Shown here piece by piece: positions 10,083 to 20,910 of a stretch of 64,000 bases of DNA (position 1 is the first letter of the stretch; each line of letters starts with the position of its first letter). Under the pieces are notes generated by a model, which saw only the letters and a program-made list of their open reading frames with translations, was not told where the DNA came from and searched no databases. The stretch lies in the NCBI GenBank assembly GCA_028287785.1, contig JAQBOZ010000017.1, forward strand, positions 1,901 through 65,900. Reading direction: 5' to 3'. Source of the DNA: Chlorobiota bacterium. GTDB lineage: Bacteria; Bacteroidota; Ignavibacteria; OLB7. The position numbers were made by a program, and so were the translations under genes.

Positions 10083-10781
10083 ATGATCCGATTCAGACTG
10101 ATACTGCCGCTGATGGTGGCGATGACGATTGCCGCGCACGCCCAGGAACCGGCCCCGGCTTCCTCTCCTACGGGAAACCAGGGGGGGGCGTTCGTGATAG
10201 CGCGGTTGAAATATTCCGGCGGCGGCGACTGGTACAACGACCAGTCATCCGAGGTGAACATGCTGGAGTATCTCCGCAAAACCACCGGCATGGATGTTCG
10301 CCCGTCGTTCGAGTATGTCGACCTCGCCACCGATAACATCTTCAGCTATCCGCTCCTCTTCCTGACCGGCCACGGCACCATCGCCATGTCCGATGCCGAG
10401 GTGAAACGACTTCGCGCCTACCTGGACAAGGGGGGATTCCTCTATATCGATGATGATTACGGCCTCGATTCATCCATCCGCAGGGAGATGCGGCGTGTCT
10501 TCCCGGAACAGGAGTTCCAGGAACTTCCGTTCACTCATCCCATCTATCACAGCTTCTACGATTTTCCCAACGGCCTCCCGAAGATCCACGAGCATGACGG
10601 CAAACCCGCGCAGGGCTTCGGCCTCTTCGCCGACAAGAAACGTCTCTGCGTCTTCTACACCTACGAGACCAACCCCAGCGATGGCTGGGCCGATGCCAGC
10701 GTCCACGACGACCCGCCCGAGAAGCGGGAGGCGGCCTTCAAGATCGGAACGAACATCATTGTCTACGCACTGACCAACTAA
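10083..10781 (+). CDS. DUF4159 domain secreted protein
   Basis: Signal peptide AHA|Q; ARLKYSGGGDWY, YPLLFLTGHG, GGFLYIDDDYG, GLPKIHEHDG. Confidence 0.88.
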   Translation: MIRFRLILPLMVAMTIAAHAQEPAPASSPTGNQGGAFVIARLKYSGGGDWYNDQSSEVNMLEYLRKTTGMDVRPSFEYVDLATDNIFSYPLLFLTGHGTIAMSDAEVKRLRAYLDKGGFLYIDDDYGLDSSIRREMRRVFPEQEFQELPFTHPIYHSFYDFPNGLPKIHEHDGKPAQGFGLFADKKRLCVFYTYETNPSDGWADASVHDDPPEKREAAFKIGTNIIVYALTN

Positions 10782-10803
10782 ATTGGGGAAAGGAGGTCAC
10801 GCA

Positions 10804-10819
10804 CGTTTCACGTGGAACA
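10804..10819. promoter_or_regulatory. parS site (1 mismatch)
   Basis: CGTTTCACGTGGAACA versus consensus TGTTNCACGTGAAACA; intergenic. Confidence 0.75.
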
Positions 10820-11001
10820 CGACATTATCCAAAGTTTTACTTTAACTATATTGCGAGGATCGGCTTCGGCGGCATGATGGGAATTTCCATACGGCCGTAA
10901 TGTGCGCTCCTTATATCCAGGCATGTGAACGACAAAAAGCTCAGGCCCGAGATGATCCGGCCGGAGCTCTGTATTGCTGATTGCGGCTTACCCCGCTCCG
11001 G

Positions 11002-12831
11002 TTATTCCACCGTCACGGACTTCGCCAGATTCCTCGGCTGATCCACATTGCAGCCACGCTCCACCGCGATGTAATACGCCAGAAGCTGGAGCGGAAGGAC
11101 ATTGAGGATCGGTGAAAGGAAGGGGAGCGCCCGCGGGACATAAATCACATGCTCGGCAAGCGATTCCATCTGCGTGTCCCCCTCGGTGGCGATCGCTATC
11201 ACCCTGCCGCTTCTGGCCCGGACCTCCTGAATGTTGGAAATCACCTTCTCGTAGATATCCCCCTCGGGAGCTATAAAGAGCACAGGCATGTTCCGGTCGA
11301 TCAGGGCGATTGGCCCATGCTTCATCTCGGCCGCCGGATATCCCTCGGCGTGGATATAGCTGATCTCCTTCAGCTTCAACGCCCCCTCCAGCGCCACCGG
11401 GAAGTTGTAGCCGCGCCCCAGATAGAGAAAATTCCGCGCCTCGGCGAACTCGTGAGCGATCTTCTTCACCTGCTCCGCGCTCGCGAGCGTGGCGGCGACT
11501 TTTTCGGGCAGGTCTATCAGCGCATTGATCACCTGCGCCCCCTCGGCCGCCCCCATTCTCCGCATCCGGGCCAGCTTCACGGTCATCAGCGCCAGCACGG
11601 TGAGCTGCGATGTAAACGCCTTCGTCGATGCCACGCCGATCTCCGGCCCCGCGTGGGCGTAGACGCCGGCATCGGTCTCCCGCGCGATGGTCGATCCCAC
11701 AACGTTGACGATGCCGATCGTGGTGGCGCCGCGACGTTTCGCCTCCCGGAGCGCCGCCAGCGTATCGGCGGTTTCCCCGGACTGCGAGATGGCGATCACC
11801 ACATCATCCTTGAAGATGATCGGGTCACGGTAGCGGAACTCGCTGGCGTATTCCACCTCCGTCGGGATATTGGCGAGCTGCTCGAACATGTATTCCCCGA
11901 CCAGCGCGGAATGCCACGATGTGCCGCACGCAACGATGATGATCCGTCGCGCATCGCGTAGCTGATCCGCCACGCTGCTCAGGCCACCAAGACGGACAGT
12001 GCTCTCATCGAGCTGGAGCCGGCCCCGCATGGCATTCCGTATGGTATCCGGCTGCTCGAAGATCTCCTTGATCATGAAGTGCTCGTAGCCGCCCTTCTCC
12101 AGCTCCTCGGTATCGAAGGAGATCTCCTCAACCTGCCCGTTCACCACGACATTGTCGATCGTCTTGGTGGTGTACTTGTCCCGCTCCAGCACCGCCATCA
12201 TGCCGTCGGTCAGATAGACGACCTGACGCGTGTACTGGACGATCGCCGACGCGTCGGAGGCGACGATAAACTCGCCATCGCCGATGCCGAGCGCCAGCGG
12301 TGAGCCATTCCGCGCCACGAAGATGCGACCGGGATCGAGCGTGCTGATCATCGCCACGCCATACGTCCCGACCACCTGTTTGAGGGCCAGCCGGAATGCG
12401 TCCTCCAGATCCCCGAGCTTGTCGTAGAGCGCGCGGATCAACTGCACCAGCACCTCCGTGTCGGTCTCGGTCCTGAACGTATAGCCCTCGCTCTCCAGCG
12501 TTTTCTTGATGGTGGCGTAGTTCTCGATGATGCCGTTATGAATCAGGGCGATCTCCCCCTTCTCATCGGTATGAGGATGGGCGTTCACATCGTTCGGCGC
12601 GCCGTGGGTGGCCCACCGCGTATGCCCGATGCCGATATTCCCGATGGGGGTCGCCGACTGGATTTTCAGCTCCAGATCGACCACCTTCCCCGCTTTTTTC
12701 TCAACCTTGAGCGCGCCGTCGATCACCGCCACGCCCGCCGAATCGTATCCGCGATATTCCAGACGTTTGAGCCCGTTCAGAAGGATCGGGTATGCCTGCT
12801 GCGGACCTATATAGCCGATGATTCCACACAT
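11002..12831 (-). CDS. glmS: Glutamine--fructose-6-phosphate transaminase (isomerizing)
   Basis: MCGIIG, LEYRGYDSAG, GHTRWATHG, SQSGETADT, C-terminal PRNLAKSVTVE. Confidence 0.99.
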   Translation of the reverse strand: MCGIIGYIGPQQAYPILLNGLKRLEYRGYDSAGVAVIDGALKVEKKAGKVVDLELKIQSATPIGNIGIGHTRWATHGAPNDVNAHPHTDEKGEIALIHNGIIENYATIKKTLESEGYTFRTETDTEVLVQLIRALYDKLGDLEDAFRLALKQVVGTYGVAMISTLDPGRIFVARNGSPLALGIGDGEFIVASDASAIVQYTRQVVYLTDGMMAVLERDKYTTKTIDNVVVNGQVEEISFDTEELEKGGYEHFMIKEIFEQPDTIRNAMRGRLQLDESTVRLGGLSSVADQLRDARRIIIVACGTSWHSALVGEYMFEQLANIPTEVEYASEFRYRDPIIFKDDVVIAISQSGETADTLAALREAKRRGATTIGIVNVVGSTIARETDAGVYAHAGPEIGVASTKAFTSQLTVLALMTVKLARMRRMGAAEGAQVINALIDLPEKVAATLASAEQVKKIAHEFAEARNFLYLGRGYNFPVALEGALKLKEISYIHAEGYPAAEMKHGPIALIDRNMPVLFIAPEGDIYEKVISNIQEVRARSGRVIAIATEGDTQMESLAEHVIYVPRALPFLSPILNVLPLQLLAYYIAVERGCNVDQPRNLAKSVTVE

Positions 12832-12910
12832 AGAAATTGCTGTACTGATTTGGGAGAAGAGAAGTCAACATGACAGAAGTAGTCGCCGGCGCTTCGCGGT
12901 GCCGGCCGCA

Positions 12911-13609
12911 TCATGCGTCCATCAGCAGGCCGTCCCGCATATGAAGCACGCGGTCCGCCCGGCCGGCCAGATCGGCGTTGTGGGTGACGATCACGAATGT
13001 CCGTCCCTCGCTGCGGCTTATCTCCCAGAGAAGCGTATGAAGCCGCTCGCCGTTTTCGGAATCGAGGTTGCCGGAGGGCTCATCGGCCAGCACAAGCTGC
13101 GGCTCCGGTATAAGCGCGCGCGCAACCGCCACGCGCTGCTGTTCGCCGCCGGAAAGCTCGGATGGCTTATGGGAGGAGCGATCGGCCAGGCCGACCAGTT
13201 CCAGATAGTTCTTCGACCGCGTCAGCGCCTCCCGCATGGAAACGCCGCGGATCAGCAGCGGCATCGCCACGTTTTCGGCGGCGGTGAACTCCGGAAGAAG
13301 ATGATGGAACTGAAAAATGAAGCCGATGTTGCGGTTGCGAAAATCGGCGAGCTGCGACGGGCTCATCCGCCCAAGCTCCTTCCCCGCAACCTGCACATCC
13401 CCGCCGGTAGCCTTGTCAAGCGCGCCGACGATATGGAGGAGTGTGCTCTTTCCCGCCCCCGAGCTTCCGATAATCGCGACAATCTGCCCGGAATCGACAT
13501 CGAGCGATATACCACGAAGCACCGGAAGGGATTTCCGTTCGACCTGATAGGCCTTTGTCACGTTTCGAAGCCGGACGAGCGGGGCGGAGGATCGGTCAGG
13601 AGCACTCAT
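12911..13609 (-). CDS. lolD: LolD-like ABC transporter ATP-binding protein
   Basis: [44 protein letters not shown]; no lolC/E adjacent. Confidence 0.85.
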   Translation of the reverse strand: MSAPDRSSAPLVRLRNVTKAYQVERKSLPVLRGISLDVDSGQIVAIIGSSGAGKSTLLHIVGALDKATGGDVQVAGKELGRMSPSQLADFRNRNIGFIFQFHHLLPEFTAAENVAMPLLIRGVSMREALTRSKNYLELVGLADRSSHKPSELSGGEQQRVAVARALIPEPQLVLADEPSGNLDSENGERLHTLLWEISRSEGRTFVIVTHNADLAGRADRVLHMRDGLLMDA

Positions 13610-13746
13610 AGAACGTCTAATCTATGCCGGGAATCGTCGCCGATCAACTCCTCTCGCGATATACAGAACATCCCGTAACAGTGGTGACATTGAGCGACCC
13701 CGGCCGGAGCGATGACTTTTCAATTGCATGGCCCGCCTCACCTCTT

Positions 13747-13754
13747 TATTTTTG
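13747..13754 (+). promoter_or_regulatory. Bacteroidota-type -7 element TATTTTTG upstream of the rimP operon
   Basis: Matches TAnnTTTG in the divergent intergenic region. Confidence 0.45.
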
Positions 13755-14011
13755 TCCCTCCAAGATTATCCCGCGATCCCTCTTCCGTGAGATCACGGGA
13801 ACGCAGAAGTTTCCGGTCGGCCGGCGCCTCTGCCAGTAGGGTATGGGGCGCAATCCCTGTATATTCCTTCCTCAGTACCGGGCCACGCTCGGGAATTCAT
13901 GCTTGTGGAGCGGCTGGAATGCGTCCGCGCATCCCCGGACATGGTCCTCTCTCTCGCAGAGGAGCAGCCCAAGAATCCGCCGGCACCGCCGGTTGGTGTG
14001 GTAATGTTTAC

Positions 14012-14047
14012 AGTGGGCTTGGCGGAAACGCGTGCCCACTTTTTTTT
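14012..14047 (+). promoter_or_regulatory. rimP leader attenuator-like hairpin
   Basis: AGTGGGC-loop-GCCCACT followed by a T run upstream of rimP, the form commonly seen in rimP-nusA leaders. Confidence 0.7.
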
Positions 14048-14137
14048 GAATGCAGAGCGTATGGAGATTCTCCATGGCGCTGGCGGGCCCCAACGGTCAT
14101 CGCCCCCCCCTGCCGGGCGCCTTTCCGCACAGATACA

Positions 14138-14614
14138 ATGAGATTTCTTCCGGAGCATATCGAGGAGCGCCTGCGCGCTGAAGTAGCCGGGCGCGGCCTG
14201 GTTCTACTCGAAGTGAAACGCCGCGGCGAACAGGGCACGACGGTGGTCGAGGTGATCGTCGATTCCGAACAGGCGATCGGGCTGGATGAGCTTACATCGC
14301 TTGCACGCTGGACGGGCGAGCTGTTCGATGAAGCGGCGGAGGCAATCCCCGGACACTATAAACTGGAGATCTCCTCCGGCGGGCTGGACCGGCCGCTGGA
14401 ACATCTCTGGCAGTATCGAAAGAATGTGGGAAGGCTTATCAAGCTGACCTATGACGATGGCGAGACAAGAAAAACCGAGCTGTTCCAGCTTGTCGGCGTT
14501 GATGACGCCGGGCTCTCGGTGGCTCTGAAGAACAATCGATCCAAGGCTCCGGTCGAGCCGGTCGCGATTCCGTTCGATCGCGTGGTGCGGGCGGTGATCG
14601 AGCCGCAGTTTTAA
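14138..14614 (+). CDS. rimP: Ribosome maturation factor RimP
   Basis: YKLEISSGGLDRPL, QYRKNVGR; located upstream of nusA; ATG at 14138. Confidence 0.93.
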   Translation: MRFLPEHIEERLRAEVAGRGLVLLEVKRRGEQGTTVVEVIVDSEQAIGLDELTSLARWTGELFDEAAEAIPGHYKLEISSGGLDRPLEHLWQYRKNVGRLIKLTYDDGETRKTELFQLVGVDDAGLSVALKNNRSKAPVEPVAIPFDRVVRAVIEPQF

Positions 14615-14777
14615 AGCATCGCGGGCAATGTCCCGGACGGAGACCGACAGTCTCTCGACCCATCGTCTCCCGGAGATCGCAGAACTTTTTGACAGCTCCT
14701 CATCCGTGCGGAGCCCCCGAGGGTGGATATGACGGAAACCGCCGTCGGCCTTCAACGTTCCCATTTTCCCTTTAGTT

Positions 14778-16205
14778 ATGGCGAAGCGCAAATCCGTAAA
14801 ATCGAGCGCCAACAAGCAGATGATCATCGATGCATTTGCAGAGATGGCGCGCCAGAAAAATATCGATCGTGACCTGCTCCAGGGAATCATCGAGGACACC
14901 TTCTCGCAGATGGTGCGGAAGAAGTACGGCCTGGAGGCCAACTTCGACATCATCGTGAACATGGAGAAGGGGGATATCGAAATCTACCTCCTCCGTCAGG
15001 TGGTGGAGGTGGTGGAAGACCCGAACACCCAGGTTTCGATCGAGGAAGCGAACGAACGAGGCGAGGAATACGAGCTGGGAGATGAGGCGCTCACCGAGCT
15101 GAATCTGGAGAATCTCTCCGAGAACTTCGGTCGCCGGATGGTCTCGATGGCCGCGCAGACGCTCAGCCAGCGGGTCCGCGAGGTGGAGAAGGACAACATC
15201 ATCGCCGAGTATTCGCAGAAGGTCGGCGAGATCATCGTCGGCGAGGTCTATCAGGTCCGCCGGAACGATGTCTACGTGATGCACAACAAGGTGGAGCTCC
15301 GGATGCCCCGGAACGAGCAGATCTGGCGGGAGCGCTATAAGAAGGGGGAGACGATGAAGGCCCTGCTGAAGGAGGTTCGCCCCGAGGAGGGAACCGCATC
15401 GCAGCCGGAGCTTATCATCTCCCGGAGCGATCCCCAGTTTCTTCAGCGGCTGTTCGAAATCGAAATCCCGGAGATCTACGACGGCATCATCGAGATCAAG
15501 GGGATTGCGCGGGAGCCGGGAGAGCGCGCCAAGGTCTCCGTCTGGTCGCACGATGAACGTGTCGATCCGGCCGGCGCCTGCATCGGCATGAAGGGCGTCC
15601 GCGTCCACTCGATCGTCCGTGAGCTTTCGAACGAGCATATCGACGTTGTCTATTACTCGGCCGATTCCAAGAAGTACGTCGCCAGCGCCCTGTCGCCGGC
15701 GAAGGTGCGGGAGATCATGATCGACGAGGAGACCAGGACCGCCACGGTGCTCGTGGGGGACGATCAGGTTTCGCTCGCCATCGGCAAGAGCGGACAGAAC
15801 GTCCGCCTGGCGATGAAGCTCACCGGCTATACGATCGATCTGGTGAAGGAAGGGGGGGAGGATATCGAGCTGAGCGAGTTCAAGGACGAGATCGGCGACG
15901 AGCTGTTCGAGCGGATCGCGGCGCTTGGCATCGGCACGGCAAAGGAGTTCCTGACGGCGGACGAGGCGAAGCTCCTCGAAGTCGAGGAGATGACCAGCGA
16001 AAAGCTGGAAGAGCTGCGCGCGGTGATCACCTCGGAGTTCGATGAGGAAGAGCTTAAGAACATGTATCAGGATGCCCGTGGTGGCGCGCGCGGAGTTCGT
16101 CCGGTTGTTGCCGGCGGTGCTGCCGGCGCACCGGCAACCGACACCCCGGTGGCCGCCAATGGCACGGCTGCCAGTGCTCCCGCGGCACAGGAAGGACAGC
16201 CCTGA
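14778..16205 (+). CDS. nusA: Transcription termination factor NusA
   Basis: FGRR, LFEIEIPEI, AREPGERAK, GACIGMKG, SLAIGKSGQNVRLA. Confidence 0.99.
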   Translation: MAKRKSVKSSANKQMIIDAFAEMARQKNIDRDLLQGIIEDTFSQMVRKKYGLEANFDIIVNMEKGDIEIYLLRQVVEVVEDPNTQVSIEEANERGEEYELGDEALTELNLENLSENFGRRMVSMAAQTLSQRVREVEKDNIIAEYSQKVGEIIVGEVYQVRRNDVYVMHNKVELRMPRNEQIWRERYKKGETMKALLKEVRPEEGTASQPELIISRSDPQFLQRLFEIEIPEIYDGIIEIKGIAREPGERAKVSVWSHDERVDPAGACIGMKGVRVHSIVRELSNEHIDVVYYSADSKKYVASALSPAKVREIMIDEETRTATVLVGDDQVSLAIGKSGQNVRLAMKLTGYTIDLVKEGGEDIELSEFKDEIGDELFERIAALGIGTAKEFLTADEAKLLEVEEMTSEKLEELRAVITSEFDEEELKNMYQDARGGARGVRPVVAGGAAGAPATDTPVAANGTAASAPAAQEGQP

Positions 16206-16599
16206 TCTCGACGACTGGCAGCCCGAAAGGGCCGCCCCCGGAAGGGCCTCGCGGGCGCAACGGGATGCCATGTGCATCCGCCGAACGCTTCGGGGCTCTG
16301 TTTCGCATGATTATTTCAAAGAGATGGAGTTGACCATGAACTAATCGACAAAAGACCCCTGAGTCCACGGGATGGAGGAGATTATCGAAAAGAGCGCTCG
16401 CCGGCGTTGCCGGAGTGTCGGTTCTCCACGATTGTTCCCCTTCCATCGTCGTATGGATACTTTGGGTCTTTCATACAACCCATCTGCCCCCTCGGGCAGT
16501 TTATACCTTAGGTACTGCTACCCGCTACTCCGTGTTGATGGAACAGTAGTGATTGCTGTGAGAGGGAATAGACCAGAGTACTTATTTACTGGAGTTTGA

Positions 16600-19500
16600 A
16601 TGGCCGCGACAACAACCGCGAAAGGATCGACCTACAGACTATTCAAGGTCGCTGCCGAGCTTAATATTGGCAAGGAGACTATCGTAGAGTTTCTCCATGG
16701 CAAGGGATTCGAAATCGCTGATAAGCCTACCAGTACGCTTACTCAGGAGATGTACGATGTTGTCATGGGCAAATTCGAGAAGGAGCATCGCCAGATTGAG
16801 AAGCAGCGGATGAAGGTTGATGCCTATCATGAGAAGCGAGTACGTACCAAGGAAGAGGCCTCACAGCAGGCCGAAGAGAAAAAAACAAAGAAGCCATCCC
16901 GACCGGATGAAGGCGATCAGCCCGCGGTAGAGACCACCGCCGATACCGAGGCGGAAACCACCGTCGTCGCGGCCCACCAGCCGGAGCCGGAGGTTGCCGA
17001 GCCGGTTGCCTCCCATGAGCCTGTCACTGCGGGACACGTCGAGCCGGCCCCCACGCCCGCCCAGCCGGAGCCGGTTGCCGAGCAGCGTCCGGTGATCGCC
17101 GAGGAGCCGAGGCCGGTCGTCGAGCAGCCCGTGGCCGTGCAGGCGCCGCCGGTGCAGCAGCCCGTCATCATCCAGCCCCCGCCGGTTCAGGAGCCTGTCA
17201 TTACGCCGCAGGAGCGCGCCGAGCAGCTCGAAGCCGCCCGCCTTGCCCGTCGCGAACAGCTTCGCGCCATCGCGCAGCAGGGACGCGAGCATCTGGCCCC
17301 GACGATTCATCAGCCGGAACCGGTTCGCGAACCGGAGCCCGCGCCGGTCGTGGCAACCCCGGTTGCCGGCGAAACGCCCGCCGTGGATGCGGATGATCAG
17401 AGCAGAAAATATGTGACCACGCCGCCAAAGCTCCAGGGGCTGACGGTGCTCGGCAAAATCAACGTCGAGAAGAAGCCGGTCGATAAGTCCAAGGACAAGA
17501 AGGAGCGCGGGAAGAGGAAGAGGATTCAGGGAGGCGTGAAGTCGGTGGATATCACCGCCGAATCGCGCAATCGCCCGACGACCACGACATCGTCCACGAC
17601 GACCGGGCAGACCCCGCGTCCGGCGACCTCGACGACCGGTGCAAGGCCGGCCGGAACCACGGGCGCCGGCGTCGATCCCAAGAAGAAGCTTCGGAGCCGC
17701 GGCGCCAAGCTGAACGTGAATCAGGCCGATGTCTCCAAGGCTATCCGCCAGACCCTCTCCAAGATGGACGATACCAGCAGCTCGTCCCGCCAGAAGAGGA
17801 GCCGTCTCAAACGCGATGTCCGCGACGAGCGGGAGCAGCGGAGACGTGAGGAGCAGGACGCCCAGGCGATGGTGCTGACCGTCACGGAGTTCCTGACGGT
17901 GGCGGAACTCGCCAACATGATGAACGTGGATGTCAGCCAGGTGATCGGCAAGTGTATCGGCCTTGGCCTGATGGTTTCCATCAACCAGCGGCTCGACAAG
18001 GATACGATTCAGCTTGTGGCCGATGAGTTCGGCTACAGCGTGGACTTCCAGCAGGAGTATGAGGAAGATATCCTTATCGATATCGAGGACCTGCCGGAGA
18101 CCATGCTGCCGCGCGCGCCGATCGTCACGATCATGGGTCACGTCGATCACGGCAAAACATCGCTCCTCGATTATGTCCGGAGCGCCAATGTGGTGGCCGG
18201 CGAGGCTGGCGGCATCACGCAGCATATCGGCGCGTACGCCGTGCAGCTCCCCGACGGAAAGAAGATCACCTTCCTCGATACTCCGGGTCACGAGGCGTTT
18301 ACCGCCATGCGTGCCCGCGGCGCCCAGGTCACCGATATCGTGGTCCTGATCGTTGCCGCCGATGACGCGGTAATGCCTCAGACGCTTGAAGCAATCTCCC
18401 ACGCCCAGGCCGCCAACGTGCCGATGGTGATCGCCATCAACAAGGTGGACAAGCCCGATGCAAACCCGGAGCGGATCAAGCAGCAGCTTGCCGATCGCGG
18501 AGTGCTGGTGGAGGAGTGGGGCGGAAAGTATCAGGCGGTGGAGATCTCGGCGAAGAAGGGAACCGGTGTGGACAAGCTCCTTGAAACGATCCTCCTGGAA
18601 GCGGAGATCCTGGACCTCAGAGCCAACTCCGAGCGCCATGCGCGCGGAACGGTTATCGAGGCGGAGATCGATCGCGGCAAGGGTATCGTGGCAACGGTGC
18701 TGGTTCAGAAGGGAACGCTGCGCGTTGGCGACAACTTTGTGGCCGGGCAGTTCGCAGGCCGTGTCCGCGCGCTGTTCGACGAGCGGGGCAATCGCCTGGC
18801 AAAGGTCGGCCCGTCGGAGCCGGCGCAGGTGCTTGGATTCAACGGCACGCCGACCGCCGGCGATGTGATGGTGGTGCTGGACACGGAGCGGGATGTCCGC
18901 GATATCGCGGTTCGTCGCCAGCAGCTCCGTCGCGAGCAGGACTTCAAGCAGGTGCGGCATATCACGCTCGACGAGATCTCCGAGCAGATCGCACGCGGCG
19001 GCATCCAGCATCTCCCGATGATCATCAAGGGCGATGTGGACGGCTCGGTGGAGGCCCTGGCGGATTCGCTGCTGCGCCTCTCCACGCCGGAAGTGCAGGT
19101 TTCCGTGATCCTCAAATCGGTCGGCGAAATCTCCGAGTCCGATGTGCTCCTGGCAACCGCCTCGAACGCCATCATCATCGGCTTCCATGTCCGCCCGAAC
19201 CTGAAGGCGAGGAAGCTCGCCGAGCGGGAGGGAGTCGATATCCGCACCTACCAGATCATCTACGATGCGGTCAACGAGATCCGTCTGGCACTGGAGGGAA
19301 TGCTGAAGCCGGAGCAGAAGGAAGTGATCACAGGCACCGTGGAGGTTCGCGAAATCTTCAAGGTTTCGAAGATCGGCATTATCGCCGGATGTTATGTGCA
19401 GGATGGGAAGATCACCCGAAACGACAAGATCCGCCTGCTGCGCGATGGTCTGGAGATCTTTACGGGATCGATCGGATCGCTGCGCCGCATCAAGGAGGAT

Positions 19501-19638
19501 GTCCGCGAGGTGGAGCAGGGCTTCGAGTGCGGCATCACGCTGGACAACATGAACGATGTCAGGCAGGGTGATGTGATCGAGGCCTACAAGATGGTGGAAG
19601 TGAAGCGGCGGCTGGAGCCCGCCGGCGCGGGTCACTAG
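16600..19638 (+). CDS. infB: Translation initiation factor IF-2
   Basis: MGHVDHGKT, GEAGGITQHIGAY, DTPGHEAF, NKVD; long Pro/Glu/Thr-rich N-terminal linker. Confidence 0.99.
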   Translation: MAATTTAKGSTYRLFKVAAELNIGKETIVEFLHGKGFEIADKPTSTLTQEMYDVVMGKFEKEHRQIEKQRMKVDAYHEKRVRTKEEASQQAEEKKTKKPSRPDEGDQPAVETTADTEAETTVVAAHQPEPEVAEPVASHEPVTAGHVEPAPTPAQPEPVAEQRPVIAEEPRPVVEQPVAVQAPPVQQPVIIQPPPVQEPVITPQERAEQLEAARLARREQLRAIAQQGREHLAPTIHQPEPVREPEPAPVVATPVAGETPAVDADDQSRKYVTTPPKLQGLTVLGKINVEKKPVDKSKDKKERGKRKRIQGGVKSVDITAESRNRPTTTTSSTTTGQTPRPATSTTGARPAGTTGAGVDPKKKLRSRGAKLNVNQADVSKAIRQTLSKMDDTSSSSRQKRSRLKRDVRDEREQRRREEQDAQAMVLTVTEFLTVAELANMMNVDVSQVIGKCIGLGLMVSINQRLDKDTIQLVADEFGYSVDFQQEYEEDILIDIEDLPETMLPRAPIVTIMGHVDHGKTSLLDYVRSANVVAGEAGGITQHIGAYAVQLPDGKKITFLDTPGHEAFTAMRARGAQVTDIVVLIVAADDAVMPQTLEAISHAQAANVPMVIAINKVDKPDANPERIKQQLADRGVLVEEWGGKYQAVEISAKKGTGVDKLLETILLEAEILDLRANSERHARGTVIEAEIDRGKGIVATVLVQKGTLRVGDNFVAGQFAGRVRALFDERGNRLAKVGPSEPAQVLGFNGTPTAGDVMVVLDTERDVRDIAVRRQQLRREQDFKQVRHITLDEISEQIARGGIQHLPMIIKGDVDGSVEALADSLLRLSTPEVQVSVILKSVGEISESDVLLATASNAIIIGFHVRPNLKARKLAEREGVDIRTYQIIYDAVNEIRLALEGMLKPEQKEVITGTVEVREIFKVSKIGIIAGCYVQDGKITRNDKIRLLRDGLEIFTGSIGSLRRIKEDVREVEQGFECGITLDNMNDVRQGDVIEAYKMVEVKRRLEPAGAGH

Positions 19639-19674
19639 GAATATCGTGGAGGCGGACGCTCCGTCTCTATCGCG

Positions 19675-19708
19675 CAGACCAGATCCCGCTGAAATGGGAT
19701 CTGGTCTG
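19675..19708 (+). terminator. 13-bp hairpin between infB and rbfA
   Basis: CAGACCAGATCCC/GGGATCTGGTCTG with a weak U-tract. Confidence 0.5.
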
Positions 19709-19760
19709 TTCATTTCCCGGATGTCCGAACTGTTCGTCTACTTTTAATTTTTACGATACC

Positions 19761-20186
19761 GTGTCCGTACGTACCGAACGAGTGGGGGCGATGCTGCGCG
19801 AGGCGCTGAGCCATCAGTTCCAGCGGAGCCTGCCGGAATATCTTGACGGCATGATCACCGTGGTCTCGGTGAAGATGTCCCCTGATATCCGCATCGCGAA
19901 GATCTATATCAGCATCTATCGCAGCACGACCGATCCCGATATCCTGATCAAGCGACTCAACACCCACGCCCCGGAAATCCGCAAGGAGCTGGCCGGACAT
20001 GTGAGCATGAAGTTCATGCCGGAGCTTCGCTTCTATCGCGATGATACGCTCGATGCCGCGGAGCGGATCGAGAAACTCCTCCAGGCGGTTCGTCGCGAGG
20101 ATGAGGCGCGCGGCCTGCATCACGATTCATCCGATGGCGACGCCGAGGCGTCCGGAAGAGGAGATGAGGATGGATCTCCGGACTGA
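19761..20186 (+). CDS. rbfA: Ribosome-binding factor A
   Basis: ITVVSVKMSPDIRIAKIY, PELRFYRDDTL; follows infB. Confidence 0.95.
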   Translation: MSVRTERVGAMLREALSHQFQRSLPEYLDGMITVVSVKMSPDIRIAKIYISIYRSTTDPDILIKRLNTHAPEIRKELAGHVSMKFMPELRFYRDDTLDAAERIEKLLQAVRREDEARGLHHDSSDGDAEASGRGDEDGSPD

Positions 20187-20910
20187 GCCAGTGGTTATTT
20201 CCAGAAAAAATCTCGGGGAGTCCCCCGTCGATGATGTCCCCGAGCAGGGGGCGATTCTCCTGATCGACAAGCCGAAGGGATGGACATCGTTCGATGTGGT
20301 GGCGAAGACGCGGGGAATCATGCGGATCAGGAAAGTCGGCCATACCGGCACGCTCGATCCGATGGCAACCGGGCTGCTGATCCTCTGCCTGGGAAAGGCC
20401 ACGAAGCTGGTGGAGGAGATCCAGGCCGGCATCAAGGAATACACCGGAACGATTCATTTCGGAGCCACCACCCCGACCGATGACGCCGAAAGCGAGGAAC
20501 AGGCGCACTTCCCCACCGATCACCTGACGGAGGAGAATATCCGCGCCGCCGCCGCCACGTTCGTGGGCGAATCGATGCAGGTGGCGCCGATGTTCTCGGC
20601 GCGGAAAGTGGATGGGCAGCGGCTCTACAAGCTGGCGCGCCGAGGGGAAACTGTGGATATTCCCGCGAAGCCGGTCACGATTCATCAGTTCGAAATCACC
20701 TCGATCACGCTTCCCGATCTCCGCTTTCGCGTCGTCTGCTCCAAGGGAACATATATCCGTTCGCTGGCGCGCGATCTTGCGGTGATGCTTGGGACGGGAG
20801 GATATCTCACCGAGCTTCGCAGGACCAGCAGCGGGACGTTCCATGTGGATGACGCGCTGACGATCCAGGAGCTTCAGGAGGCGCGGCGACCTCGGGAGGC
20901 GGCTCGATGA
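20170..20910 (+). CDS. truB: tRNA pseudouridine(55) synthase
   Basis: DKPKGWTSFDVV, KVGHTGTLDPMATG, CSKGTYIRSLARD; start at 20164 or 20170. Confidence 0.97.
   Translation: MDLRTEPVVISRKNLGESPVDDVPEQGAILLIDKPKGWTSFDVVAKTRGIMRIRKVGHTGTLDPMATGLLILCLGKATKLVEEIQAGIKEYTGTIHFGATTPTDDAESEEQAHFPTDHLTEENIRAAAATFVGESMQVAPMFSARKVDGQRLYKLARRGETVDIPAKPVTIHQFEITSITLPDLRFRVVCSKGTYIRSLARDLAVMLGTGGYLTELRRTSSGTFHVDDALTIQELQEARRPREAAR

Noticed and set aside
12832-12910. glmS ribozyme upstream of glmS
   Set aside because: The spacer is only 79 nt and shows no recognisable ribozyme core.
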